From: a virus
DNA length: 64,000 bases
Direction: 5' to 3' (one strand)
IMG/VR virus record: IMGVR_UViG_3300027759_000003
Coordinates: 1-64,000 of that record
Every line of letters begins with the position of its first letter. Position 1 is the stretch's first letter. Under the pieces are notes generated by a model, which saw nothing but the letters and a program-made list of their open reading frames with translations, did not search any database and was not told where the DNA came from. A program made the position numbers and the translations under genes. Below, piece after piece: positions 55,166-62,825 of this stretch.

Positions 55166-55493
55166 CGAAGAAGAAAAAATAATTGAAAAACTTATTCTTG
55201 ATGGTGGATTAGAAACTGTAGGGGTTGACCAAGAAACTGGAGAACTTTTATACTCTTTTACTCCTAAGATTAAAAATCTTATGCCTAATTTATATAATGA
55301 GCACATAACAGATGTTAATTCTTGTGTTATGAAATTATGGGAAAAGGGGTTTTTAGAAATAGATTTCTTTGCTTCAGAACCCATTATTACCCTATCTGAA
55401 AAAGCCTTTGATCGTGATGCAGTAGAGGGTTTATCTAAAAAAGACAGGTGGAATCTTTTTGAAATCATACGGCTTTTGAATCCTAAAACCTGA
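55158..55493 (+). CDS. Hypothetical protein
   Basis: ORF track; start at MNNEEE overlapping the thioredoxin stop. Confidence 0.7.
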   Translation: MNNEEEKIIEKLILDGGLETVGVDQETGELLYSFTPKIKNLMPNLYNEHITDVNSCVMKLWEKGFLEIDFFASEPIITLSEKAFDRDAVEGLSKKDRWNLFEIIRLLNPKT

Positions 55494-55499
55494 TATAAT
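55491..55499 (+). promoter_or_regulatory. Extended -10 promoter (TGATATAAT), no -35
   Basis: Same class as the structural-gene promoters; SD AGGAGG before 55523. Confidence 0.7.
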
Positions 55500-55522
55500 C
55501 TATATATAGCCTAGGAGGTTTT

Positions 55523-56326
55523 ATGTCAGTAAACGAAGATAAAAATGTGCCAATCTCAAAATCAATGGTAGCAGAGGGTGACTTTGTTATGTTTGTTCAT
55601 GAGGATGATGGCATTATGGCTGGTCGTATTGAATATGTTATGACTAATCCTGGTTTACTTGGTCTTCCTGGTTCTGAATACTCAATGGAATATGCTGAAG
55701 ATGACAAACCAGTTATTGTTCGTGCTTATAAAGAAGAAGATGGCGCATGGGAAGAACAGGCATATGTTTTTTATCATCGCATGTCAGAAGTTATAAAAAT
55801 TGAATCACTATCTGTTTCAGTTGACATGGTTGTAGAAATGGGATCAAATGGAACTGGTATTCCAACAATCCCATCGCAATCTGATATGGAAAACATGTAT
55901 GCTGTTCAGGTAAGCAAATCCTACAACTCAGATAATGAAGATGAAGACAAGTGGGACAATATGACAAAAGCATGTTGGGTTGGATATGAACAACGTGGCA
56001 TGAAAGAAAAAGGTGGACGCATGGTTCCTAATTGTGTTCCTGTTAACAAACTAAAAGAAATGGAAAATGAAATGGCAAAAGCAAAACCTAATTATGGAGA
56101 TTTTATTAAACCACGTAGGGGTGGATCAACACCATCAGATCCTAAACTATATGCAAGAGTTGTGCAAGCAGCAAAAGATAAGTTTGACGTTTATCCGTCT
56201 GCAGTAGCAAATTCTTGGGTAGTACAAGAATATAAGCGTCGTGGCGGTACATACAAATCAGAGTCACAATCTACAACAAAAAGTATTTGGGATGGATCTT
56301 TTAATCCTTTAAGGTTTGAAAAATAA
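55523..56326 (+). CDS. Modular hypothetical protein, candidate internal head (cargo) polyprotein
   Basis: Modules separated by xxK-S/A sites; CWVGYEQRGMKEKGGRMVPNCVP and YPSAVANSWVVQEYKRRGG modules; C-terminal KSIWDGSF. Confidence 0.65.
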   Translation: MSVNEDKNVPISKSMVAEGDFVMFVHEDDGIMAGRIEYVMTNPGLLGLPGSEYSMEYAEDDKPVIVRAYKEEDGAWEEQAYVFYHRMSEVIKIESLSVSVDMVVEMGSNGTGIPTIPSQSDMENMYAVQVSKSYNSDNEDEDKWDNMTKACWVGYEQRGMKEKGGRMVPNCVPVNKLKEMENEMAKAKPNYGDFIKPRRGGSTPSDPKLYARVVQAAKDKFDVYPSAVANSWVVQEYKRRGGTYKSESQSTTKSIWDGSFNPLRFEK

Positions 56327-56466
56327 TGACAAAGAAAAAAACAACAGCATTCAATCCTACACAAATAAAAAATGGTAGGATTGTTCGTTTAAGAAAAGAC
56401 GGTACCATAAAAACAGATCTTGGTCCGTATCCAAAAACAAAGGCAGGGGTAACTAATGGCAAATAA
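56326..56466 (+). CDS. Small basic protein (46 aa, not in ORF track)
   Basis: MTKKKTTAFNPTQIKNGRIVRLRKDGTIKTDLGPYPK...; TAATG-coupled. Confidence 0.65.
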   Translation: MTKKKTTAFNPTQIKNGRIVRLRKDGTIKTDLGPYPKTKAGVTNGK

Positions 56467-56566
56467 AGAACAAAAAGGTAATGCTAATACAAAAAAAGAG
56501 CCTAAGATGACTCTTAAAGAAAAACGTGTTGCTAAACAACAAAAACGGGATAAGAAAAATGGCTGA
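56456..56566 (+). CDS. Lys-rich peptide (36 aa, not in ORF track)
   Basis: MANKEQKGNANTKKEPKMTLKEKRVAKQQKRDKKNG; SD AGGGG; overlaps both neighbours. Confidence 0.6.
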   Translation: MANKEQKGNANTKKEPKMTLKEKRVAKQQKRDKKNG

Positions 56567-56930
56567 TACATACACTCCTACTTCTGGTATGAAGGCTGCT
56601 GCTCGTCGTGCATTGAAGTGGAAAGAAGATGGTAAGGCAACTGGCGCAGGAACTCCAGTAGGCTGGGGTCGTGCAACTGATATTGTAAATGGATCAGCAA
56701 TGTCTCTTAGTACTGTTAAAAGAATGTTTTCTTTCTTTTCCCGTCACGAAGTAGATAAAAAAGGCAAAGGTTTTTATGATGGTCCAGAGTTCCCTTCTAA
56801 CGGCAGAATTATGTGGGATGCTTGGGGTGGTGATGCAGGATTTTCATGGAGCCGTGCAATTGTGGAAAGAGAAAAAAAACAAGTAGAAAAGGTTTGGGCA
56901 GATAGCCCATTTAATTTAAGGAAGGGGTAA
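56559..56930 (+). CDS. Basic hypothetical protein, candidate internal head protein
   Basis: PTSGMKAAARRALKW..SLSTVKRMFSFFSRH..WDAWGGDAG; C-terminal EKVWADSPF. Confidence 0.7.
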   Translation: MADTYTPTSGMKAAARRALKWKEDGKATGAGTPVGWGRATDIVNGSAMSLSTVKRMFSFFSRHEVDKKGKGFYDGPEFPSNGRIMWDAWGGDAGFSWSRAIVEREKKQVEKVWADSPFNLRKG

Positions 56931-56933
56931 AAA

Positions 56934-57092
56934 GTGGAGGACTTAACCATTGAAGAAGTAAAACAATTAGTTGTATTTTATAAACAAAAATCTTCAGATC
57001 TTGAGTTTAATTTATTGCAAATGCAAATAAAGTTAAATAGGACTATGTCTGTTGAAAATTCAGTAGAAGCAAAACCAGTAATTAAAAAGTAG
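56934..57092 (+). CDS. Small coiled-coil protein (52 aa, GTG start, not in ORF track)
   Basis: VEDLTIEEVKQLVVFYKQKSSDLEFNLLQMQIKLN; SD AGGGG. Confidence 0.6.
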   Translation: MEDLTIEEVKQLVVFYKQKSSDLEFNLLQMQIKLNRTMSVENSVEAKPVIKK

Positions 57093-57105
57093 ATTGGTCT
57101 GAATA

Positions 57106-57525
57106 ATGCAAGAGTTAATAGTCTTAGGCTTGACATTGGCTCTTGCTTGGTTTATACTTAGAGTAGGTAAAAGAAATAAAGAAAAACCTTTTTCTAGAAC
57201 TTTGCATAAACAAAGTGATACGCATAGGTTAATGAAATTATTTTTTTCCATGCCTATATCAAATAACCAGCAAAACCTTTCTCAATTGACAAAACATAAA
57301 GAAAAGGGTATGATTAAGGTTATTGTTTTAGGCAACGAAGCATATTGGATATCTAATCATATTTTTTATGTTGCAGAGGCTGTAGACGGTGAGGTACAAC
57401 GCCACACCGCTAAACCAATAGATACTAGTACTTTATCAAAAGGTGACTTAGATAAAATGCTTTTTATATTAGATAGTTTAAGGGATGGAAAAAGAGATGA
57501 TCGTGGCAGTTCAGGGCACAAGTGA
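57106..57525 (+). CDS. Hypothetical protein with N-terminal TM anchor
   Basis: LIVLGLTLALAWFIL followed by basic residues. Confidence 0.7.
   Translation: MQELIVLGLTLALAWFILRVGKRNKEKPFSRTLHKQSDTHRLMKLFFSMPISNNQQNLSQLTKHKEKGMIKVIVLGNEAYWISNHIFYVAEAVDGEVQRHTAKPIDTSTLSKGDLDKMLFILDSLRDGKRDDRGSSGHK
57286..57314 (+). promoter_or_regulatory. SigA-type promoter TTGACA-17-TATGAT embedded in coding sequence
   Basis: Exact 17-nt spacer; upstream of the SLOG-like and WhiB genes. Confidence 0.65.
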
Positions 57526-57847
57526 GTTTAATGATTACAACGTATTCATTCGCTCTATGGGTGTTGCCATGTCAAACATGCATAAAGACGATACAGAGTT
57601 TGTAATTTACTCTGCTGGTCCTGCTAAAATAAATTCTTTTGTTTCTGAGTTTTCTAATTTATCTGAAAGAGGAATGAAAGCAAGAGGAAAAAAGATTAAA
57701 TTTTATAAAGTTGCTCCAGTTTGGATGCAAGAAAATTTAGATCAAATTAACTACTTTGCTTTCTTAAGTAAGCCTAATGAAAAAACTTCAAAATTAGTTT
57801 CAGAGGCACAGTTAAAAAATGTAGAAGTTGGTATATTTAAATACTAG
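57497..57847 (+). CDS. SLOG (YspA-like) family protein, divergent
   Basis: MIVAVQGTSEFNDY start, VIYSAG and C-terminal VEVGIFKY fit the YspA/SLOG layout. Confidence 0.55.
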   Translation: MIVAVQGTSEFNDYNVFIRSMGVAMSNMHKDDTEFVIYSAGPAKINSFVSEFSNLSERGMKARGKKIKFYKVAPVWMQENLDQINYFAFLSKPNEKTSKLVSEAQLKNVEVGIFKY

Positions 57848-57856
57848 GGGGTATTT

Positions 57857-58066
57857 ATGTTTATTAGAAGTTTGAATACTATGGAAAAAATTATTTCCAA
57901 AAATAATAATTTACTTTGGAATGGTTGGGATGTTATTGATTTAAAAGAATCTGACATTGCAAAAACATCTCCAATGGGTATTAGAGTTAAAGATAAGTGG
58001 TACATCCACAAAGTTTATTCTCCTGGTCGTAATGGGTGGGATATACCAAACAAGTATCGAGAGTAA
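57857..58066 (+). CDS. Hypothetical Trp-rich protein
   Basis: ORF track; SD GGGGG. Confidence 0.7.
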   Translation: MFIRSLNTMEKIISKNNNLLWNGWDVIDLKESDIAKTSPMGIRVKDKWYIHKVYSPGRNGWDIPNKYRE

Positions 58067-58068
58067 TT

Positions 58069-58353
58069 ATGAAACAGCATTTATGGAAAGATGACGCAAT
58101 TTGTTTAGGTCTTGATACAAATATTTATTTTGATAAATATGAAGACAACGAATCTGGTAGGGCAATTGTTGATTCAATGTGCCAGCAATGTCCAGTAGCA
58201 AAAACATGCTTTGCAGTAGGCATCTCTGGTAAAGAGTGGGGTGTTTGGGGTGGAGTATATCTAGAAGGTGGAGAAGTATCTAGAGAGTTTAACAAGCATA
58301 AGACTAAAGAAGATTGGTCCAATACCTGGCAATCTTTAACAATGGAAAAATAA
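58069..58353 (+). CDS. whiB: WhiB-family Fe-S transcription factor
   Basis: W...A.C...D...F...C..CPV...C...E.GVWGG signature. Confidence 0.93.
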   Translation: MKQHLWKDDAICLGLDTNIYFDKYEDNESGRAIVDSMCQQCPVAKTCFAVGISGKEWGVWGGVYLEGGEVSREFNKHKTKEDWSNTWQSLTMEK

Positions 58354-58586
58354 TGTATACAGATAAAATGAAAATGGCATTTCATTCTATTCCAGCCCCT
58401 AAAAATTTCAAGGTAGAAATTATTGATAACGAACATTTTATAACCATTAAGGCTAATGAGGATATGTTTATGCGTCTATTTGACACAGAGAAGCGACATG
58501 CTGTAGAATATATGGTAAGAGTAAAAAAGGCTTTAGAGGATAATGGGGCAATTGTAATGATTACTAGGGAGGCTATTAAAAAATGA
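58353..58586 (+). CDS. Hypothetical protein
   Basis: MYTDKMKMAFHSI; TAATG-coupled to whiB. Confidence 0.7.
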   Translation: MYTDKMKMAFHSIPAPKNFKVEIIDNEHFITIKANEDMFMRLFDTEKRHAVEYMVRVKKALEDNGAIVMITREAIKK

Positions 58587-59005
58587 AAGATGCTATTTTA
58601 ATATTTTCTATAGTGCTATCAGTGTCATTTGCTATATCCTATATGGCGGTTTTGCATCAATTAAGAAACCTTAAACTATCATTTGCTAAATTATTCTTAG
58701 AGAATATAACGCTAATTGATAATGCTGAAAAGTTACAATCTTCAAGAGAGTTATCTGAAAATGATATACATAGAGAAAATTTTATAAAGTTTTTATCTGA
58801 TTCTAGAGACTGGGCTTTTACTTATATAGAAGATGTTCAAAATGGTTTAACTAAGTTTGTTGAAGAAATTGATCCAAGCATTAACTATTTCTCAGATTTT
58901 AGTACAATGTCAGAAGGCAATCCATTACATAATGAGATGAAAATAATATCTAATGCCTATAAAGATTTAAAAAAGTTTTTACCAGAAAATGTAGAAGATA
59001 AATGA
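58583..59005 (+). CDS. Hypothetical protein with N-terminal TM
   Basis: Hydrophobic N-terminus; ENFIKFLSDSRDWAFTYIE. Confidence 0.7.
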   Translation: MKDAILIFSIVLSVSFAISYMAVLHQLRNLKLSFAKLFLENITLIDNAEKLQSSRELSENDIHRENFIKFLSDSRDWAFTYIEDVQNGLTKFVEEIDPSINYFSDFSTMSEGNPLHNEMKIISNAYKDLKKFLPENVEDK

Positions 59006-59160
59006 AAACTATACTTCTATCAACACTAACAGGTTTTGGGTGCGGTCTCGTGTTTGCTGCATTCAAATTGCCAGTACCAGCACCACCAGTTTTTGCGGGA
59101 GTCGCAGGAATTATTGGGATTTGGATTGGCTTTACAACAATGACACAAATTATATCCTAG
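59002..59160 (+). CDS. XapX-domain (DUF1427-like) small membrane protein (52 aa, not in ORF track)
   Basis: GLVFAAFKLPVPAPPVFAGVAGIIGIWIG signature; ATGA-coupled. Confidence 0.8.
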   Translation: MKTILLSTLTGFGCGLVFAAFKLPVPAPPVFAGVAGIIGIWIGFTTMTQIIS

Positions 59161-59168
59161 GAGGAATA

Positions 59169-59435
59169 ATGAATAACTTAATTAATGATAAGACAAAGGC
59201 AATGCTAGCGTCATATGGTCGCTCAGTTCTTGCATCAGGTCTTGCACTATACATGGCAGGCGTAACAGATCCAAAGGATCTATGGGCTGCACTAGTTGCT
59301 GCTATAGCACCCGTTGCATTGAGAGCGCTCAATCCAAATGATAAAGCGTTTGGTATTTTACCTGATGCTGCTGAGGTTGCAAAGGCTTTAAAGGCTGCAA
59401 AAGCACCTTTAAAAAAGGCTGCTAAAAAGAAGTAA
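59169..59435 (+). CDS. Holin-like membrane protein (actinophage type)
   Basis: SD AGGAGG; ASYGRSVLA..TM..PVALRALNPND.AFG; Lys/Ala-rich tail. The ORF-track start at 59040 is over-extended. Confidence 0.65.
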   Translation: MNNLINDKTKAMLASYGRSVLASGLALYMAGVTDPKDLWAALVAAIAPVALRALNPNDKAFGILPDAAEVAKALKAAKAPLKKAAKKK

Positions 59436-59452
59436 ACAATCTTCTATAAGAT

Positions 59453-59484
59453 AGCCAGTCTAGAAATAGGCTGGCTTTTCTTTT
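59453..59484. terminator. Terminator between convergent transcription units
   Basis: AGCCAGTCTA-GAAA-TAGGCTGGCT followed by TTTCTTTT. Confidence 0.85.
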
Positions 59485-60520
59485 ATTTGTTTATAATTTC
59501 TAAGTATTTTTGTTTTAATTTATCTATAGAAAAGTTTTCTAAACCAATTGATAATGCTTTTTCTTTAAATTCTTTTTTATTATTATTTTTAATATATCTA
59601 TCAACTATGTTTGCAAATTTATCTGGAACAATATTATAAATATCAACCATTGACTTTGTTCTAAATGATCCTATCTTTGTTGATTCTACTAACCAATCTT
59701 CAGGCAATATTGTATTATTTGGAGATACATTAGTCATAAAAACTGGCAGGGCACTCATAAGAGCCTCATTCATAGGTAAACAAAGACCAGCATACCTTCT
59801 AGGCAGAATCATTGCATCAAAGCCATCATACATGTCTTCCCTACTGGCTGGATTACCTATTTCAATCTTTACCCTAGAATCTTTACAGTTTGTATCAATT
59901 GGGGTTTGGGATTTAATTACTAATTCGTAATCTTCTTTAGAATGCTTGACCATCTCAAAAATACTTTCAGTTCCATTTCTATCTTTTGCAGCCTTTTTAC
60001 CAGCAATATGAAGTATACGGTTGTGATCTTTTGAAAGATTATTGTCTTTTGCTTTATTAAATAAAGACTCATTTGTTGGTGGTGGTAAATGAATTACATC
60101 ACATGCAGAGCCAAACCTTTCTTTTACTATGTCTATATTCCAAAGACTAGGAGATAGCAATACATCTGGTAATGACCAGTTAGGGTTTGTTAAGTTACCA
60201 AAAAGTTCGTAGTTGTATTGAAGAATAGTCTTTGTTCCTTGTTGCCTAGCAAGATCTACAAGGTCTAAATGATAAAAGGTTTCACAACTAATTACTACAT
60301 CAACATCTTTTAAAAACCAAATAATTTCTTTTGTTGTTGGCATACCTCCCCTAGTTGAGTAAAAATTATAACCTTCATACCATTCAGGATGCTGTTTATT
60401 TTTATTAAACGGGGCAGAGTCAATTAAAAGAATCTTATCAGGATTAAGCATATTAACTAACTCTCTAGTCTGATTGCCAAGACCAGTGTTGTCTGATCTT
60501 GCTATGATTCCTAGTCTCAT
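59483..60520 (-). CDS. Glycosyltransferase, GT-B (GT4-like)
   Basis: N-terminal GLG motif; DAMILPRRYAGLCLPMNEALMSALPV. Confidence 0.85.
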   Translation of the reverse strand: MRLGIIARSDNTGLGNQTRELVNMLNPDKILLIDSAPFNKNKQHPEWYEGYNFYSTRGGMPTTKEIIWFLKDVDVVISCETFYHLDLVDLARQQGTKTILQYNYELFGNLTNPNWSLPDVLLSPSLWNIDIVKERFGSACDVIHLPPPTNESLFNKAKDNNLSKDHNRILHIAGKKAAKDRNGTESIFEMVKHSKEDYELVIKSQTPIDTNCKDSRVKIEIGNPASREDMYDGFDAMILPRRYAGLCLPMNEALMSALPVFMTNVSPNNTILPEDWLVESTKIGSFRTKSMVDIYNIVPDKFANIVDRYIKNNNKKEFKEKALSIGLENFSIDKLKQKYLEIINK

Positions 60521-61278
60521 TCTTTATACCCCCAAGTTTCATCGTCTACCGTAAATTTGCGGGTACCTTGACGACCATCTAAATGATAAGAACGTTTAAT
60601 GTTTTCTTCAGGATGATAAATCCAAAGTTTATGAGTCTCCCAACCTTCTTGATTAAACTCCCCATATGGAGATATATCATCTTGAATTGCTCCATGAAAT
60701 GTATCTTCTATAAAAAATTTATCTTTACATCTTGGAAGCACAATGTCTTTATAATATTGTTTTCTACTTAGATGTGGTCGTTGACTCCATTGTATAGTTT
60801 TCATAAACCCATCTTCTAAACCAAACATAAGGTGTTCGTGATCTTTTGGTATAAATGCTTCAAAATGAAAACGAATAGTATTTGCTTTATTGTATTCAAA
60901 CATGTCCAAACATTTATCCCAGTCTATAGGTGTGTCTGGAGTTAATGGAGCGTCTCCTTCAACATAAAGCAATAGTGGTGTTTTAATTTCATTAATTGTT
61001 TTACGCATCATGTTGGTTTGATGGCTATGCTCTTTAAATATAAAAGGTAATATGTTTTTATCTTCATGTAAACATTTCCACAAAATACGATTTTTGTATT
61101 CATCGTAATCTTTTTTACGATCTTGTTGTTCTTCCCTAAGACCATCTATTTGCATAATAATTTCGTTGTCTGGAAAATGAGCACGAACATCACTAATAGT
61201 TTGATCTATCATTTTTGTGCTTGGATGATCTGTAATTACAGAAGTAGCCATGACAATTGTTATATCTTTTTTATGCAT
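60517..61278 (-). CDS. Glycosyltransferase, GT-A (GT2-like)
   Basis: ITIVMAT, IIMQID, LLYVEGD (DxD-like), WSQRPHL. Confidence 0.7.
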   Translation of the reverse strand: MHKKDITIVMATSVITDHPSTKMIDQTISDVRAHFPDNEIIMQIDGLREEQQDRKKDYDEYKNRILWKCLHEDKNILPFIFKEHSHQTNMMRKTINEIKTPLLLYVEGDAPLTPDTPIDWDKCLDMFEYNKANTIRFHFEAFIPKDHEHLMFGLEDGFMKTIQWSQRPHLSRKQYYKDIVLPRCKDKFFIEDTFHGAIQDDISPYGEFNQEGWETHKLWIYHPEENIKRSYHLDGRQGTRKFTVDDETWGYKE

Positions 61279-62125
61279 TTACTTGCCTCATTAATTTAAT
61301 AAAAAGATCTCTTTTATATTTAATCCACCAACAAACAATCTGATGCATTTCAGATGTATAATTATTTAATAGTTCAGGTAACAAGTCAACCAAGTGATTC
61401 CAATTATCAACAGTTTTTACTGAATGATTATCTTCAAATACAAAATTAAAAAAATCTGTATTTTGCATTTTTGAGTCTAACTTATCTCCTATAGGCAAGC
61501 AAAGCATTTCAATTGCTTCATAAAATCTAAATGAATCAATAACCATCGCCCCGCTAGGGCAAGGAACAATCTTTGATAAAGACATTTTGTCATAGTATTG
61601 TTTTGGTTTTAGTCCTTCTGCAAAACCAGTAGTTGGATTATAAAAAGAATTAGGTATGTTAGGCATAACAGTTGCAAGTTCTTGTCTTCGTTGATGAGTT
61701 ATTTGTCCTGAAAAAAATACATCATATGATTTATCTTGATATTTTGGTAAATGTTTATGCAAATCTCTTGGCACACCCAACGCTAATTTATTATATTGCG
61801 AATGTTTTCTGTGCGGGTATTGAACCCAAATCTCAATATTTTTATGTTTTATTTTATCAACTTTAAATGTAGCACTTTCATCTCCAGTAATAAACAAAAT
61901 AACTCTATCTATCTTGTTTAACTCTTCAGATATTTGATCTTCATAGTCTACATTTTGTGGTCCAGGAATAACAACAAAGGCTCTATCTGTGTTAGGTAAG
62001 GTTGTTACCTTATCTGGTTTAATATTATTTTTATTAAAAAATTGTTTTAATAAACCGTAATCCCATTTATCAGCAGCACAGTCTTCTTGTTTAACTGAAT
62101 AAAGATATGCTTTAAGATCGCTCAT
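61271..62125 (-). CDS. Exostosin (GT47)-like glycosyltransferase
   Basis: YDVFFSG..RR, YYDKMSLSKIVPCPSG, SFRFYEAIEMLCLPI; leaderless start MSDLKAY at 62125 (TACACT 6 nt upstream). Confidence 0.7.
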   Translation of the reverse strand: MSDLKAYLYSVKQEDCAADKWDYGLLKQFFNKNNIKPDKVTTLPNTDRAFVVIPGPQNVDYEDQISEELNKIDRVILFITGDESATFKVDKIKHKNIEIWVQYPHRKHSQYNKLALGVPRDLHKHLPKYQDKSYDVFFSGQITHQRRQELATVMPNIPNSFYNPTTGFAEGLKPKQYYDKMSLSKIVPCPSGAMVIDSFRFYEAIEMLCLPIGDKLDSKMQNTDFFNFVFEDNHSVKTVDNWNHLVDLLPELLNNYTSEMHQIVCWWIKYKRDLFIKLMRQVNA

Positions 62126-62825
62126 AATATAAGTGTACTTCATGTTGATAGTCAAGCAATGTTTCTTTGTAGCCAATACCCTTAATAAACTGTCTTAAAT
62201 CATGCAAATATTCTTTCCAATACATCATCATAAATTCTGGGTGTCCAGATAGCCAAATCTTAGGTTTGTGCTCTCTAAGGACCCTTTCAGCCCCTCCTAG
62301 GACCCTCCATTCACTACCCTCAACATCAAGAGAAATTGCAGTAGGCGGCTTCATTCCTTTTTCATATACAAGCGTATCAATTTTTGTTTGACCATATTTA
62401 TCTGCTTCATACTGCAGTTCTTTAAATCCATGAGCAGCCTCAATAGGAGCATCTGCTTCTGGTGGAAACTCGCCATAATAAATACGTGCAAGTTTATTAT
62501 CTTTATCTGATGCAAACCCAGGAATACATGCAATTGGTTTTTCTAAATTATTAGCACTCCAAAGCAAAGGAAAGTGTGACCAAACCTTTGGATTAGGTTC
62601 AAATAAAACAACTTCTGCTCCCCACATTTGACATAGGGCAGGCATTTCTCCTTCTTCTGCTCCAACATAGTAAACAACATCGCCTTTACCAATATTTTCA
62701 TGCATTGATTTTAATCTAATTTTTTCCCAACCATGTGGTTGATACCATTCTGGTCTATCTGCACGATGCTTTGGTAACATTATTTCAAATTCCCCGTTAA
62801 CAGTAGCCTTAATCATTTCAGTCAT
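62112..62825 (-). CDS. FkbM-family SAM-dependent methyltransferase
   Basis: VVYYVGAEEG, FEPNP, ISLDVEGSEWRVLGG. Confidence 0.85.
   Translation of the reverse strand: MTEMIKATVNGEFEIMLPKHRADRPEWYQPHGWEKIRLKSMHENIGKGDVVYYVGAEEGEMPALCQMWGAEVVLFEPNPKVWSHFPLLWSANNLEKPIACIPGFASDKDNKLARIYYGEFPPEADAPIEAAHGFKELQYEADKYGQTKIDTLVYEKGMKPPTAISLDVEGSEWRVLGGAERVLREHKPKIWLSGHPEFMMMYWKEYLHDLRQFIKGIGYKETLLDYQHEVHLYYERS

Noticed and set aside
59040-59168. N-terminal extension of the holin-like ORF in the track
   Set aside because: Overlaps the better XapX ORF in another frame; an AGGAGG SD supports the start at 59169.
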